Shown here in pieces: positions 12,492 through 22,929 of a DNA stretch of 64,000 bases. The position numbers and the translations under genes were made by a program. Under the pieces are notes generated by a model. The model worked only from the letters and a program-made list of their open reading frames with translations. It ran no database searches and had not been told where the DNA came from. Position 1 is the stretch's first letter, and every line of letters starts with the position of its first letter. The DNA is from Camelus ferus (Eukaryota): assembly GCF_009834535.1 (NCBI RefSeq), contig NC_045701.1, positions 85,250,001 to 85,314,000 of the forward strand. Direction: 5' to 3'.

Positions 12492-12864
12492 AAAATGCCA
12501 TATGAGATCGCTCATATGTGGAATCTAAAAAACAAAAACAAAAACAAACAAACAAACAAACAAACAAAAACAAAGTGTAAATACAGGACAGAAATAGACT
12601 CATAGACAGAGAATACAGACTTGTGGTTGCCAGGGGGGTGGAGGGTGGGAAGGGATAGACTGGGATTTCAAAATTGTAGAATAGATAAACAAGATTACAC
12701 TGTATAGCACAGGGAAATATACACAAAATGTTATGATAACTCACAGAGAAAAAAATGTGACAATGAGTGTGTATATGTCCATGAATGACTGAAAAATTGT
12801 GCTGAACACTGGAATTTGACACAACATTGTAAAATGATTATAAATCAATAAAAAATGTTAAAAA
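12492..12864 (+). mobile_element. Camelid-type LINE-1 3' end, 5'-truncated, with TSD
   Basis: gggatagactgggatttcaaaattgtagaatagataaacaag...aatcaataaaaaatgttaaaa; 8-bp TSD AAATCCTA at 12484-12491 and 12865-12872; internal (AAAC)n. Confidence 0.92.
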
Positions 12865-13029
12865 AAATCCTACTGCTTCTTTACCTAAAACCCTTCAAAA
12901 GACCCTTGGGGAAGGATAAGGCGCCAACCCCCTACCTTCCAACCCCAACCGTCACCTGCCTCTGTCCTCCTGGTGCTCACCCCGTGTCATCCTGGGTGCA
13001 TCTCCAGCTTTGGAAGTGCTGATCTGTTT

Positions 13030-13225
13030 CTAAGGATCTTCCATGTGCCAGGTACCAGGCAAGGGACGTTCTCTATTTTATTCGGCCCTCTAACAAACTT
13101 GGGAGGTGGAAATGATGACAGTCTATCAAGATGAGGAAGGTGAGGCTCAGAGATGGGAAGAAACATCCCCAAAGTAAATAGCAGAACCAGATTTGGAATC
13201 TCCAAAGTGCAGACATGCTCTTCCT
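13030..13225 (-). mobile_element. MIR SINE
   Basis: aagatgaggaaggtgaggctcagagatgggaag. Confidence 0.65.
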
Positions 13226-13289
13226 GATTATCAGCTCCAGTTTAGTCGTGTGCGCGCCCACTGATGTGGTTGAAAACACAGTGTCTGTG

Positions 13290-13445
13290 GCTAGATTTGT
13301 TTAAATGAGAACCCCAGCTCCCTATCTTATTAGCTATGACTTTGGGTAAGTTAGTAGTTCCTCTATGCCTCAGTTTTCTGATCTAGAATAGAGGGCTAAT
13401 AACATTAACCTACTCGAATGAAAGAATTGTTACATATAAAATGCG
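13290..13445 (+). mobile_element. MIR SINE
   Basis: ttattagctatgactttgggtaagttag...ctatgcctcagttttctgatctagaat. Confidence 0.7.
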
Positions 13446-13923
13446 TCCAACAGGACCCGCTGCATCGTGGATGTTTTTATTTTTATTATGATTCAGTAGG
13501 GCATGGTCTCCAACTAGGTGCCAACTCCCAGTGATGTTCTGACTTGACTTCAGGTTGTATGGTCTGTTACTTACCCACCATGTGATTCTGGGGAGAGTCA
13601 CCCCCGCTGCCTCAGTCTTCCCACATATAAGATGCGGTTTAAGTAGGTCAGTGATTCTGGACCCTAATGAAGTTGTAGACTTTGAGGATCTGAGGGAAGC
13701 TGTGAACGCTGTCCATAAAGAGTCTTCACTCCGTCTAAGCATTTCTCAGCCCCCCAAAGCATGCCCATGAGCCTCGGTTTGGGGACTTCAGGATTTGTGT
13801 CCCCAGGCTTGCAACCAGCTCCGGGAAGAAGAGGAGGCAGGTATAGGTTGGGAGCCAGAGTCCAAGTCTCCTCCCTGCCCTTCATCTTTTATCCTTCCTC
13901 CCTTCCCATATTTTCTGCTTCTT

Positions 13924-14384
13924 TTTTTAAATTGACTTATAGTGGTTTACAGTGTTGTGTTAGTTTCTGGTGTACAGCAGAATGATTCATTTATACATCT
14001 ATAGATTCCATTTCATAGTCTTTTTCATTATAGGTTATTACAGGCTATTGTATATAGTTCGCTGTGTAGGACCTTGTTGTTTATCTACAGTAGGACCTTG
14101 TTGTTTATCTGTTTTATATATAGTAGTTTGTATCTGCTGATCCTAAACTCCTAATGTATTCCTTTTCCCTTTGGTAACCATTAGTTTTTTTCCTATGTCT
14201 GTGAGTCTGTTCCTGTTTTGTAAACAAGTTCATTTGTATCTTTTTATTTTTTTAGACTCCACATATAAATGATATCACGTGACATTTGTCTTTCTCTGTC
14301 TGACCTACTTCACTTAGTACAATCATCTCTAGGTCCGCCCATATTGCTGCAAATGGCATGATTTTATTCTCTTTTAGGGCTGAG
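13924..14384 (-). mobile_element. Cetartiodactyl-type LINE-1 3' end with TSD
   Basis: gtgttgtgttagtttctggtgtacagcagaatgattc...ctctaggtccgcccatattgctgcaaatggc; perfect 15-bp TSD TATTTTCTGCTTCTT at 13909-13923 and 14385-14399. Confidence 0.93.
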
Positions 14385-14719
14385 TATTTTCTGCTTCTTG
14401 AAACCCTGTTGCGACTGTGAGGTTAGAAAAAGTCGAACTCTCAGAGCAGAGGGTGACCTAGGCTGCACTTGTCTATCCCTTCCCCATTGCTATTGGAGGT
14501 TTTCTTGGCCTCTTCCACGGCTCAGAAAAAGCCTATCTTAGTGGGAGTGTGGGGGTGGAGAGGGTATGTTGACGAGGAAACAGCGTAATCCACACCAAGG
14601 GAAGAGGCAGCATAAGAAACCCAAGATGCTGGGGAAGGCGTCCCTCTTTATCTGCTGGATTGGGGGCCAGCTGCCTGTGCAACAGACCATCTCATGCAGC
14701 ACTCGGTGGCAATCAGGGG

Positions 14720-15140
14720 GGATTTACTGGGGCCATCCCGGCAGGAAGGCAAAAACCAACTCCACAAGAAGGGAAAAAGCCTCCCAGAGCCAAGCCTGAG
14801 TCATTGAGGTGTCAGCCCGCCCCGCGCCCATAAAGGAGACCAGCGAAGTGGCAGGGAGTGGTGACCCCCGCTGCTGGGGCACGAGGTGGAGCTGCAAAGC
14901 CCCCCGGGTGGCTTCCCTGTCCGCGCACGTCCCGCCCATAAATGGTCCAGCTGCCTGGCAGGCTGCTCTCACCAGTTTCATTTGGGATTGTTCCCCAAGG
15001 CCACGTGGCAAGAAAATAGGGCTGGGGACACAATGGTGGCACAGTGACCGGCGGCCAGGCCCTCGGCTAATCACTCAAAACACCTGGAGGAACTCGTCCA
15101 AGGAAACAAGAAACAAAATCCCTGCGATTAGGGTTGCAGG
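14720..15140. promoter_or_regulatory. Putative enhancer/promoter-like CpG-enriched island
   Basis: TGAGTCA 14797, AGGTGTCA 14807, CGCCCATAAA twice (14825, 14933), CAGCTG 14948, GCCACGTGGC 15000-15009, GC boxes. Confidence 0.45.
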
Positions 15141-15583
15141 CTTCTGGTGGTCCCAGCTAATCTCTTTCAGGTGGAGGGCCCAGTGGGGAGGCCGGGCTGT
15201 CTCCCTGACCCACAGCCGTCCGGAGCTGGGGGTCTGGGGGTCTGGGGGCCAGTGGCTGGAGCGCGTCCAGCCGTGAGTCTCACAAGACTGGTCTGAATGT
15301 CTGTGACGGCAGGTGCCCCACAAGTGCCAAGGGGGCCGTCGAGACCAGCCGAGGGGTGTGCAAGAACCCCATAAAAGACTTCAAGCTATTTAACAGACCA
15401 CCCCTCTCCATGGAGAGTTCCCCCCAGCCCCCGTCCACTCCGAAAGCAGGTCTCGAGACATAACAGCCAAATGTCAGAGCTGAGATGGATGACTTCTCAA
15501 ATAAAAGAAGTAAATACCATTTAGTTTTGCTCATTGCAAAAGGAATACATGTTTATGGTGAACAGTTAAGATAATCTAAAGAT

Positions 15584-15776
15584 TTCAAAATGTAGAAAAG
15601 ATAAACAAGATTATACTGCATAGCACAGGGAAATATACACAAGATCTTATGGTGGCTCACAGCGAAAAAAATGTGACAGTGAATATGTGTGTTCATGTAT
15701 AATTGAAAAATTGGGCTCTACACTGGAATTTGACACATTGTAAAATTATTATAAATCAATAAAAAATGTAAAAAAC
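15584..15776 (+). mobile_element. Camelid-type LINE-1 3' tail, severely truncated
   Basis: Same family as 12492-12864 (roughly 85% similar by eye); 16-bp TSD AAGATAATCTAAAGAT at 15568-15583 and 15877-15892. Confidence 0.92.
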
Positions 15777-15791
15777 CCCCAAACTTTAGCC

Positions 15792-15872
15792 TATAATAAT
15801 AATAATATTAATATATAGTAATAATATATATTATTATTATTACCATATAATATATATAATATTATTATCATA
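15792..15872. repeat. AT-rich low-complexity/palindromic tract
   Basis: (TAA)n/(TTA)n/(TA)n mosaic; perfect palindrome TAATAATATATATTATTA at 15819-15836. Confidence 0.9.
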
Positions 15873-17779
15873 AGAAAAGATAATCTAAAGATAAGAAAAA
15901 GAGGGGAAAAATTAAAAGTGTGAAGTCCCACCACCTAGAAATAATCATATTTCATATTGAGGGGCTTATCCTGTATTGCTTTTTGTAGTGGAAATTTTTA
16001 AACATTATACAAATTTTTTTTTCCCCAAAACAGAATTATGTCACACACACCATTCAAAGCCTATGTTATGCACTCATCCATACATCCTCAGCATCTTTCT
16101 ATACCATTCCTTGTCCTTCGACCTCATTTACGGCATCCTCCATAGTCTGGCATTGTGTGGCAGCCTAAATTCCTTTGGCTAATCCCAGACTGATGGCTTC
16201 TCCAGAGTTTCCATACTCACATTCAGGATTTCTTTGATGCATTTTTAATCTTGAAATGTCATGAACTCCCACCTGGGGCACTGGCCAAAAAAAAAAAAAT
16301 GCTTTAATGAATTTGATGAGAATTGTTGATGAACTGGTGTACTGATGTCTTAGACATCCGTCTAGGACAGACTTTGAGGAGCAGGGATACTTTGGGGCAG
16401 GAAATCACCATCTGGTCCACCCCCAGATGCCTCCACCTCCACCACCATCTTTGCACATGAGGACACTGAGCCTTGAAGAGGGGAGTGTTTTGGCCAAGAT
16501 CATAGGGTAGGGAAGTGCCCAACGCAGGACCCGAACCCGGACACAGGTGAGCAGGGCAGATGACAGGTAGAGGAACTCCGGCGGCTTTTGCCTTGGCCAC
16601 AGTAAGCCTTGAGCAGGGTGCCTCTGGCGGTTCCATCTTTATGTTGTTTTTTCTTTAACCCGTAAAGAGTTTTGTTTTCCAAACAACCACGGGCTAAAGC
16701 CGGCTCATCTTTTGCTCGCCTTTTAAGTATTGTTTTTTGGAATGACTCAGCCTCCCCAGAAGAGAGAAGAGGCAAACAGGAATGCTGACCTGCTGGAAAT
16801 GCGGGCTCTGCCTGCTGCTGGGGGAGCTGCCAGGGGCCTCTCGAGGACGGGCTCCTCAGGCGGGGCTGCTCCACAGCAGCGCACAGAGCGCTGCTCAGAA
16901 GCCTCCCTCAGCGCTCTGTGCTGCCATCTTGAAATTCTTAATAATTTTTTAACCGGGGGCCCTGCATTTCATTCCCAGGCCCTGCAAGTTATGCAGCTGG
17001 TCCTGTCCTCAGATGAACACTTCCATCGCCCTATTAGCTTGGTCTCAGGGGGTCACTCAGAGAGGTCTGCACATGTAGGCCTCCGTGGGACAACGAAGTG
17101 AGTTCAGGGCAAATGACTCCACCAGTGTCACGTGACCATTTGTGCTGGAGCTGGGACCCAAACCCAGATCCCCAGCTCTGCTGCAGACCAACAAACTGAC
17201 TGTGGACCTCATTTGGACACAATCATTTCATAAATAGCATGGCCGCCCTTTTATAGAGGGAGGGAAATCCACATAAGGGAGGTGTTTTGAAGGTGCTGGC
17301 AAGGATTTCTGCCTGCAGACACGGCTCGCCCCGGAAAGTGTACTGTGAGAGAGGACCTGGGTTCCAGGCAGCACGTCCCCAAGCTGCATCTTTGGAAACT
17401 TCCATGGATTTATAAGCTGCCATCTTCTGGTCTTCTGTCAGCTTAGGGTGAGCTACCACCCTAATGATCATGGCTGCGATTTGTTCAGCGCTGGGGAGGG
17501 GGCTGAACAGTCAGACCCAGGCCCTGCCTTCAGGAAGCCTGTGGTCTCATGGGCAGGTGACCCCTTGTATGTCCCCAGGCTTCCCCAGCTGAGACTTTGT
17601 AATCTTGTGTGAACCTGGGTTCGTCCCTGCACCACTCTGAGCCTCAGTATCTTCTTCAGTGAGGTGGGGATCACACCCACCTTGCAGGGTCCTTAGGAAC
17701 TTAAGAGGCTGGTACAGAGGTTGACAGAAGAATAACATGGTGTGTGATATATACCTTTGTAGATAAACATTCTCTTCTT

Positions 17780-17950
17780 GTCCTTAGGGTGCACTTTCAA
17801 TGTCACCACCTCAGAGAGGACCTCCCTGATTGCTCGGCTAGATTTCGGGCTCTGTGAGGATGGCCGCTCTGCTCCCCTCGCTCACTGCTCTACTCCCAGA
17901 GCCTGCACTTGGCACATGGTAGGTGCTCAATTAGCATCCGCTGAATTGAG
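17780..17950 (+). mobile_element. L2 LINE 3' end
   Basis: aatgtcaccacctcagagaggacctccctga...ggcacatggtaggtgctcaattag. Confidence 0.75.
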
Positions 17951-18688
17951 TTACAAGTGAAGCTGATGTAAAATCCACACCTTCCTGACTCATCGCATCT
18001 TGAACAGACCCCCAGAGAGAAGCCCAGGCCCCTCAACCCAACATCTGAGCAGTTGACAATGACCTGGCCTCAGTGGTCCTTTCCAGCCTGGGATGTGCCA
18101 CACCTTCTACCCATGGCGCAGTCCTGATGTGACATTTCAGTGTCCTGATGTGAGCCCAGGCTTTCCCCGGGATCCCTTCCCTACCAGTGCTCCCATCCCC
18201 TGCACAGCCCACCCTAGCTCCTGCTGGCCAAGTCCTATCAGGGTCCTGTTCTTGGAGCCCTGCTCAGCCAGAGGAGGGCAAGCCCCTGGACACGAGGAAG
18301 CGTCGGGGATGGACACAGAAACGAGGCAGTGGGTGGACGGAACTGATGCTGTGGGAGTTGAGACAGGCAGGGGTAGAGGCGACTTCCTGGTCCAATCTGG
18401 GTGGCTGGTGATGGTGATGCCCTCCTGGAGAAGGACCACGCGTCCGACCATCAAGCTTAGTCACCCAAACCCCAGGAAAATGCCCATGTGCCTCCTCCAG
18501 CCTTGCTCCATGATCTTGGATGCATTTATCCAATTTCTGAGTTATCCTCTTGAAATGAATCCACAGGAACTAAAACATAGACCAGAGGGTATCCGGGTTG
18601 ATGGGGAAGAGAAGGGCACCCAGAGAGAGGGAGCATGGAAGGGAGGAGGCCCTGCAGAGAGGCGTTCTGTGGTAGAGTACCAATGCAG

Positions 18689-18753
18689 AAAAAAAAAAAA
18701 AAAAAAAGAAGAAGAAGAAGAAGAAAGAAAAAGGAAAGAAAAGAAAACAAAAG
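18689..18753. repeat. A19-(GAA)n-A-rich polypurine tract
   Basis: Direct reading. Confidence 0.95.
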
Positions 18754-18794
18754 CACAGGCACTGTGTACACTGCATTTTTCGTGAGAAATGTCG

Positions 18795-18990
18795 CGGTTA
18801 GAGGCACAGGCCCAGGGTTGGAGTCCTGGCTCTGCCACTTACTAGCTGGGTAGTCTGGGGCCAGTCACTTCCACTCTGTCTTTATTTCCATATCTGGGAA
18901 ATGGACCTATTGGCTGCACCTCTCAAAGCCTGCTGTGCCAGTTACCCGGCACCGCACGGTACGGAGTAAGTGCTCAGCGAACATCGGCTG
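18795..18990 (+). mobile_element. MIR SINE
   Basis: ggagtcctggctctgccacttactagctggg...gtaagtgctcagcgaacatc. Confidence 0.8.
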
Positions 18991-19303
18991 AGTGGTGTGG
19001 ATCCGCGGCCTAACCTTCTTAGCTCCTGGACCTGCGGGCCTCTTTTCAAATTTGCGATTGCTGTTTTTCCTCCAAAATCTGTACAGTGTGTCTTTTCTGT
19101 TTTGGGGGACAAAATGATGGTGTTAACATGGAGCCTGGCACCTTCCAAGGGAACAGAAGACTCAGGTGATGGCGTGGACACAGTTCCTCCAGCTTCTCCC
19201 CGCGCCTCCAGATCACATCCCGCCCCTCTCTACTCGGCGTGCTGGCTTGGTGTTTGCCGACCCAAGAACAGTCATTGCATTGTTTCATCCTCAGCCCAAT
19301 TCG

Positions 19304-19475
19304 NNNNNNNNNNNNNNNNNNNNNNNNNNNNNNNNNNNNNNNNNNNNNNNNNNNNNNNNNNNNNNNNNNNNNNNNNNNNNNNNNNNNNNNNNNNNNNNNN
19401 NNNNNNNNNNNNNNNNNNNNNNNNNNNNNNNNNNNNNNNNNNNNNNNNNNNNNNNNNNNNNNNNNNNNNNNNNNN
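19304..19475. other. Assembly gap (172 N)
   Basis: Run of N. Confidence 1.
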
Positions 19476-19949
19476 CCTGCAACCCAGAGCCCTAAATCAT
19501 TCCCATATGACAGTGAGATACTCTGGATGCCCCTGTCAATGGGGGACCAGGCCCTTCTCCAGGGCCCGCGGCGGAGACCCCAGTGGTGCCCCCCTCGTCT
19601 CCCATTCAGTGAAAGAGGATGAGGTGGGCTGGCCCAGCATCAGGTGCGCACACCTGCCGAGTCAGGGCCACACCTCCCGCCCCGCCCCATTTCTCCCCAT
19701 CTCCCTGCCTCCGGTCATGCAGCCAGAGGCCTCTTTCAGAAAGCACTGCCCACCTCACTCGGGTTTCCAGAATGGCAGATGAAAGGAAATTCACTGGGCT
19801 TGTTAATTCGCTCTCTCCTGCGGCTTCACACCGTCCCATCTGTAGATCATTTTGCAGGCATTTCACAGACTCACGGAAGCATCAATTCTCAATTTTGGAA
19901 GCAACACAGGGAAGACCCAGTCCTTTTTTTATAATAATATTCTTTGAAT

Positions 19950-20185
19950 AATAATAAAAATAAATACAAACACCTTTTGGAGAGTTAGTGTGTGGCAGGC
20001 ACTGTTCTCAGCACTTTGTAAATATCAACTCAGTTTGCTCTGACAACAGCCCTGCGCGACGGGGCTTTTGTTCTTCCCACATAACTGGTGAGGAGACTGA
20101 GCCACAGAAGGGCTAAGTAACCTGCAGTGTCACACAGTAACTCAGGCGCAGAGCCAGCTGTTCAAGTCTGGAATCCACATGCTTG
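19950..20185 (-). mobile_element. MIR SINE, near full length
   Basis: gtgtgtggcaggcactgttctcagcactttg...ggtgaggagactgagccacagaagggctaagtaac. Confidence 0.85.
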
Positions 20186-20569
20186 GCCCTCTCCGAGTTA
20201 CTGCCTCTCATCTCTACTGGAGAAGCAACTACTATGTGCCAGTCTACAGACTGAGTCCTTTACACACATTATCTTTGTGCTTTTCGGCAGCCTTCCTGTG
20301 CATTAATGGCAATCCGGGAGAGGCTGCTCATCTTGCAGCTGCGAGCGAGTGTGTGGGTATGTGTGTATATGTTTCTGTATGTGTGTGTGTGCTGGTGAGC
20401 AGGTGTGTGTGCACATATGCTTGAGATTGGCAGGCCCAGCTCTTGTGGGGTACAGAGGGCTGAGTTAATCACACTCTTCGATTCATGGCTAAAGAAATTC
20501 ACTGCTGCCCCATGCTGGTTTCCCATTTGATTGATTGATGACTGATGACTGATCAGTGTAATCCATTTT

Positions 20570-22810
20570 TTCCATTCTCTGCTCCTTCCACTGCCACCAT
20601 TGTAAAATATGTTCTATGATTTTAGATGCATGTGATTTTACTGCATGTAAATATGATTAAGAGATAGATATCATGCTGGCCCTTTTTAATTTTTTTGCAT
20701 TCAATTCTACATGTCCATGTTGTTATGTGTCCCTCTCTAACAGTTCATGGCATTCTGCAGTGTAGACATTAAGTGTAATGAATTATCTCTTCACCCACTG
20801 ATGGGCATATAAATTGCCTCCATTGTCCCTAGATATAATTAATGATGTCATAAGCATCTTTGTAAATATTGCCTTTTGGACTTGTGTGGGAATCTCTCTG
20901 GAACAAACACGTTGGAGTAGAATATCCCGGTCAGAGCAGGTACGTGAGTGAGTTTCATCAGAGGACCCTCCAGGACGACACTCCACCATGTCCTCCCACC
21001 TTGATTTCTAATTTGTGCTGATTTGATAGATGGAAAGTGGTATCACATTGTTGGCTTAATTTGCAAATCTCTGGTTACTAATAAGAGTGTTTCTCCATAT
21101 GCTTTTTTAGACTTTGGGGCTTCTATGGCTGTGGATTACTTGTTTATGTTCTTTGATCATTTTTCTATTGGGATTCTTGGTTCTTTTTGTTTGTTTTGTT
21201 TTTTGTAGATTTATAGCAGTCTACATATATTCTAGGATATCAATCCCTAATTAATTTAAAATATTGCACATATTTTCTCCCTTTGTGTCATTTTTCTATT
21301 AGCTTTGTCTAGGATGCCCTTCATTGATTGGAAATCCCTGACGTTGATGTACTCAAAATCCAGCAGTTCTTTTCTCCCACTTCATTCAAACTAGAGTTTG
21401 TACTCTAGGGATCTTGAATAGAAAGAAAGTCCTTTCTTGGCCCCAAGTCACAAAGATAATCTCCTATAACTGCCTTTATTATGTTTGTTTTGTCTTTCAC
21501 ATTTAGGTCTTTAATCCAGCTACACTTCAACTTTGTTTGCACCACTAGTGAGGGATCCAATTTAATGTGTCTCATGTAGTGGACCAGTTTTCCCAACACC
21601 TAAACAATTCTTTCTTTCCCCATTGAAATGTGGTGCCCCTTTTATTGTATATGAAGTTCCCACATTCACATACATCTCTCTCTGAGCTCCCCCTTTGCTT
21701 CATTGGTGACTCACCCCCATTTTTTTGTGGGACAATGGCTTTGTAGTACGTCAGTATCTGATGGAAGGAGATAATGCTCTTTCCTCCTCTTTTTCTGAGT
21801 TGACTTTGCTATTCACAGACCCGTATTCTTAGAAATAAGTTCATTGAGTCCCTCAACAAACCCAGCTGAAATTTAGATTGAGATGGAATTGAATTCATGG
21901 ATTAATTTGGAGCAAGTTGGCAGCTTTTTAATATTAAGTGACCCCTTCCTTCAAAAGCATGAAATGAGTATTTATTTTGGGACTCTAAAGTCTTTTAATA
22001 TAGTAAAACCAATTTTTTTTTCCATTGAGGTCATGTGTTTCTTTTCAGGTTACTTCCCAGATACTTTATGGCCTATTGCTCTTGAGTGTGGCGTAGAAAT
22101 ATCTTAATTTTTTTCAATTATATTTGTTGTTCATTATTAAGGTAGAAAAATCGATTGATTTTTTTAAAAAGTGATTTTATATTTAGAAACTTGCTGAAAT
22201 TTCTTATTAGTTGCAATAATTTGTTGATTCTGTTTTTTTCAATTATTTTTTATGAGTCTGTAACTTTCTTTTCTTGGACTGAACTTGTCTAATACAGGGA
22301 TTAAGATGACACTCATAATCTGATAAACCTAAATAAATAGTTTCTTTTGTTCTTTATCTCCTTTTGAAATAACATATAAAATAATAATTTTCTCTGTCTT
22401 GAATATTTGGTAGAACTCACCTGTAAAACCATCTGGGCCTGGGACTTTTTGTGATGAAGAGACCCAGATTACCATTCCAGTTTCTTTGAAATGTGTATTA
22501 ATCTATTTAAGATCAATTGTTTGTTCTTGAATAAATTTTGCTCTATTTTATTCTTCCAAAATTTGTCCTTTTCCCCTCTGATTTTGATATGTATTAGCTT
22601 TAAGTTTTGCATAATACTTTAAAATTATGTTTTAATTTCTCTTGTATCAGTGGATATTTTCTTCCATTTCAATTTGTGTTTTATTATGTGCATTTTCTTG
22701 TCTATCTTAATTTTTGAAGAAGCTGCCTTTGGTTCCTTTCTTTCTATTGCTATTACCGTCTTCTCCATGTCACTGATTTTTGTCTTTATCTTCATTATCG
22801 TCTTACCAGA
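20570..22810 (-). mobile_element. Old L1M (L1ME/MD-like) ORF2-3'UTR fragment, ~2.2 kb
   Basis: T-rich antisense L1 text; track ORF 21405..21599 (KLDPSLVVQTKLKCSWIKDLNVK) matches L1 ORF2 [23 protein letters not shown]. Confidence 0.88.
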
Positions 22811-22929
22811 GCCAGCTCTAACCTATGTCTTCTGAGCCTTAAGCTGCTACCTTTTCTGAAAAATCACCTCTGTAGCAGCTTCTTCAAGGGCCATTTGACA
22901 TCTGTCCTGTGGCTCTGAACTCACTGTCT

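Noticed and set aside
13030-13445. Adjacent opposite-strand MIR pair as a hairpin or miRNA source
   Set aside because: The copies are too diverged to show a continuous stem by eye
18121-18153. 12-bp direct repeat GTCCTGATGTGA (18121, 18142)
   Set aside because: Only two copies with a 9-nt spacer; consistent with simple slippage, not an array
18093-18785. 230-aa ORF ending in a K/E-rich tail
   Set aside because: The charged tail is the translation of the A19-(GAA)n tract; the rest has no family resemblance and no convincing splice context
18970-19782. Longest ORF in the track (270 aa, +)
   Set aside because: Open only because it reads through 172 N; begins in a MIR tail; no recognisable domain
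21405-21599. 64-aa ORF with real protein similarity
   Set aside because: The similarity is to L1 ORF2p, within a degraded L1M
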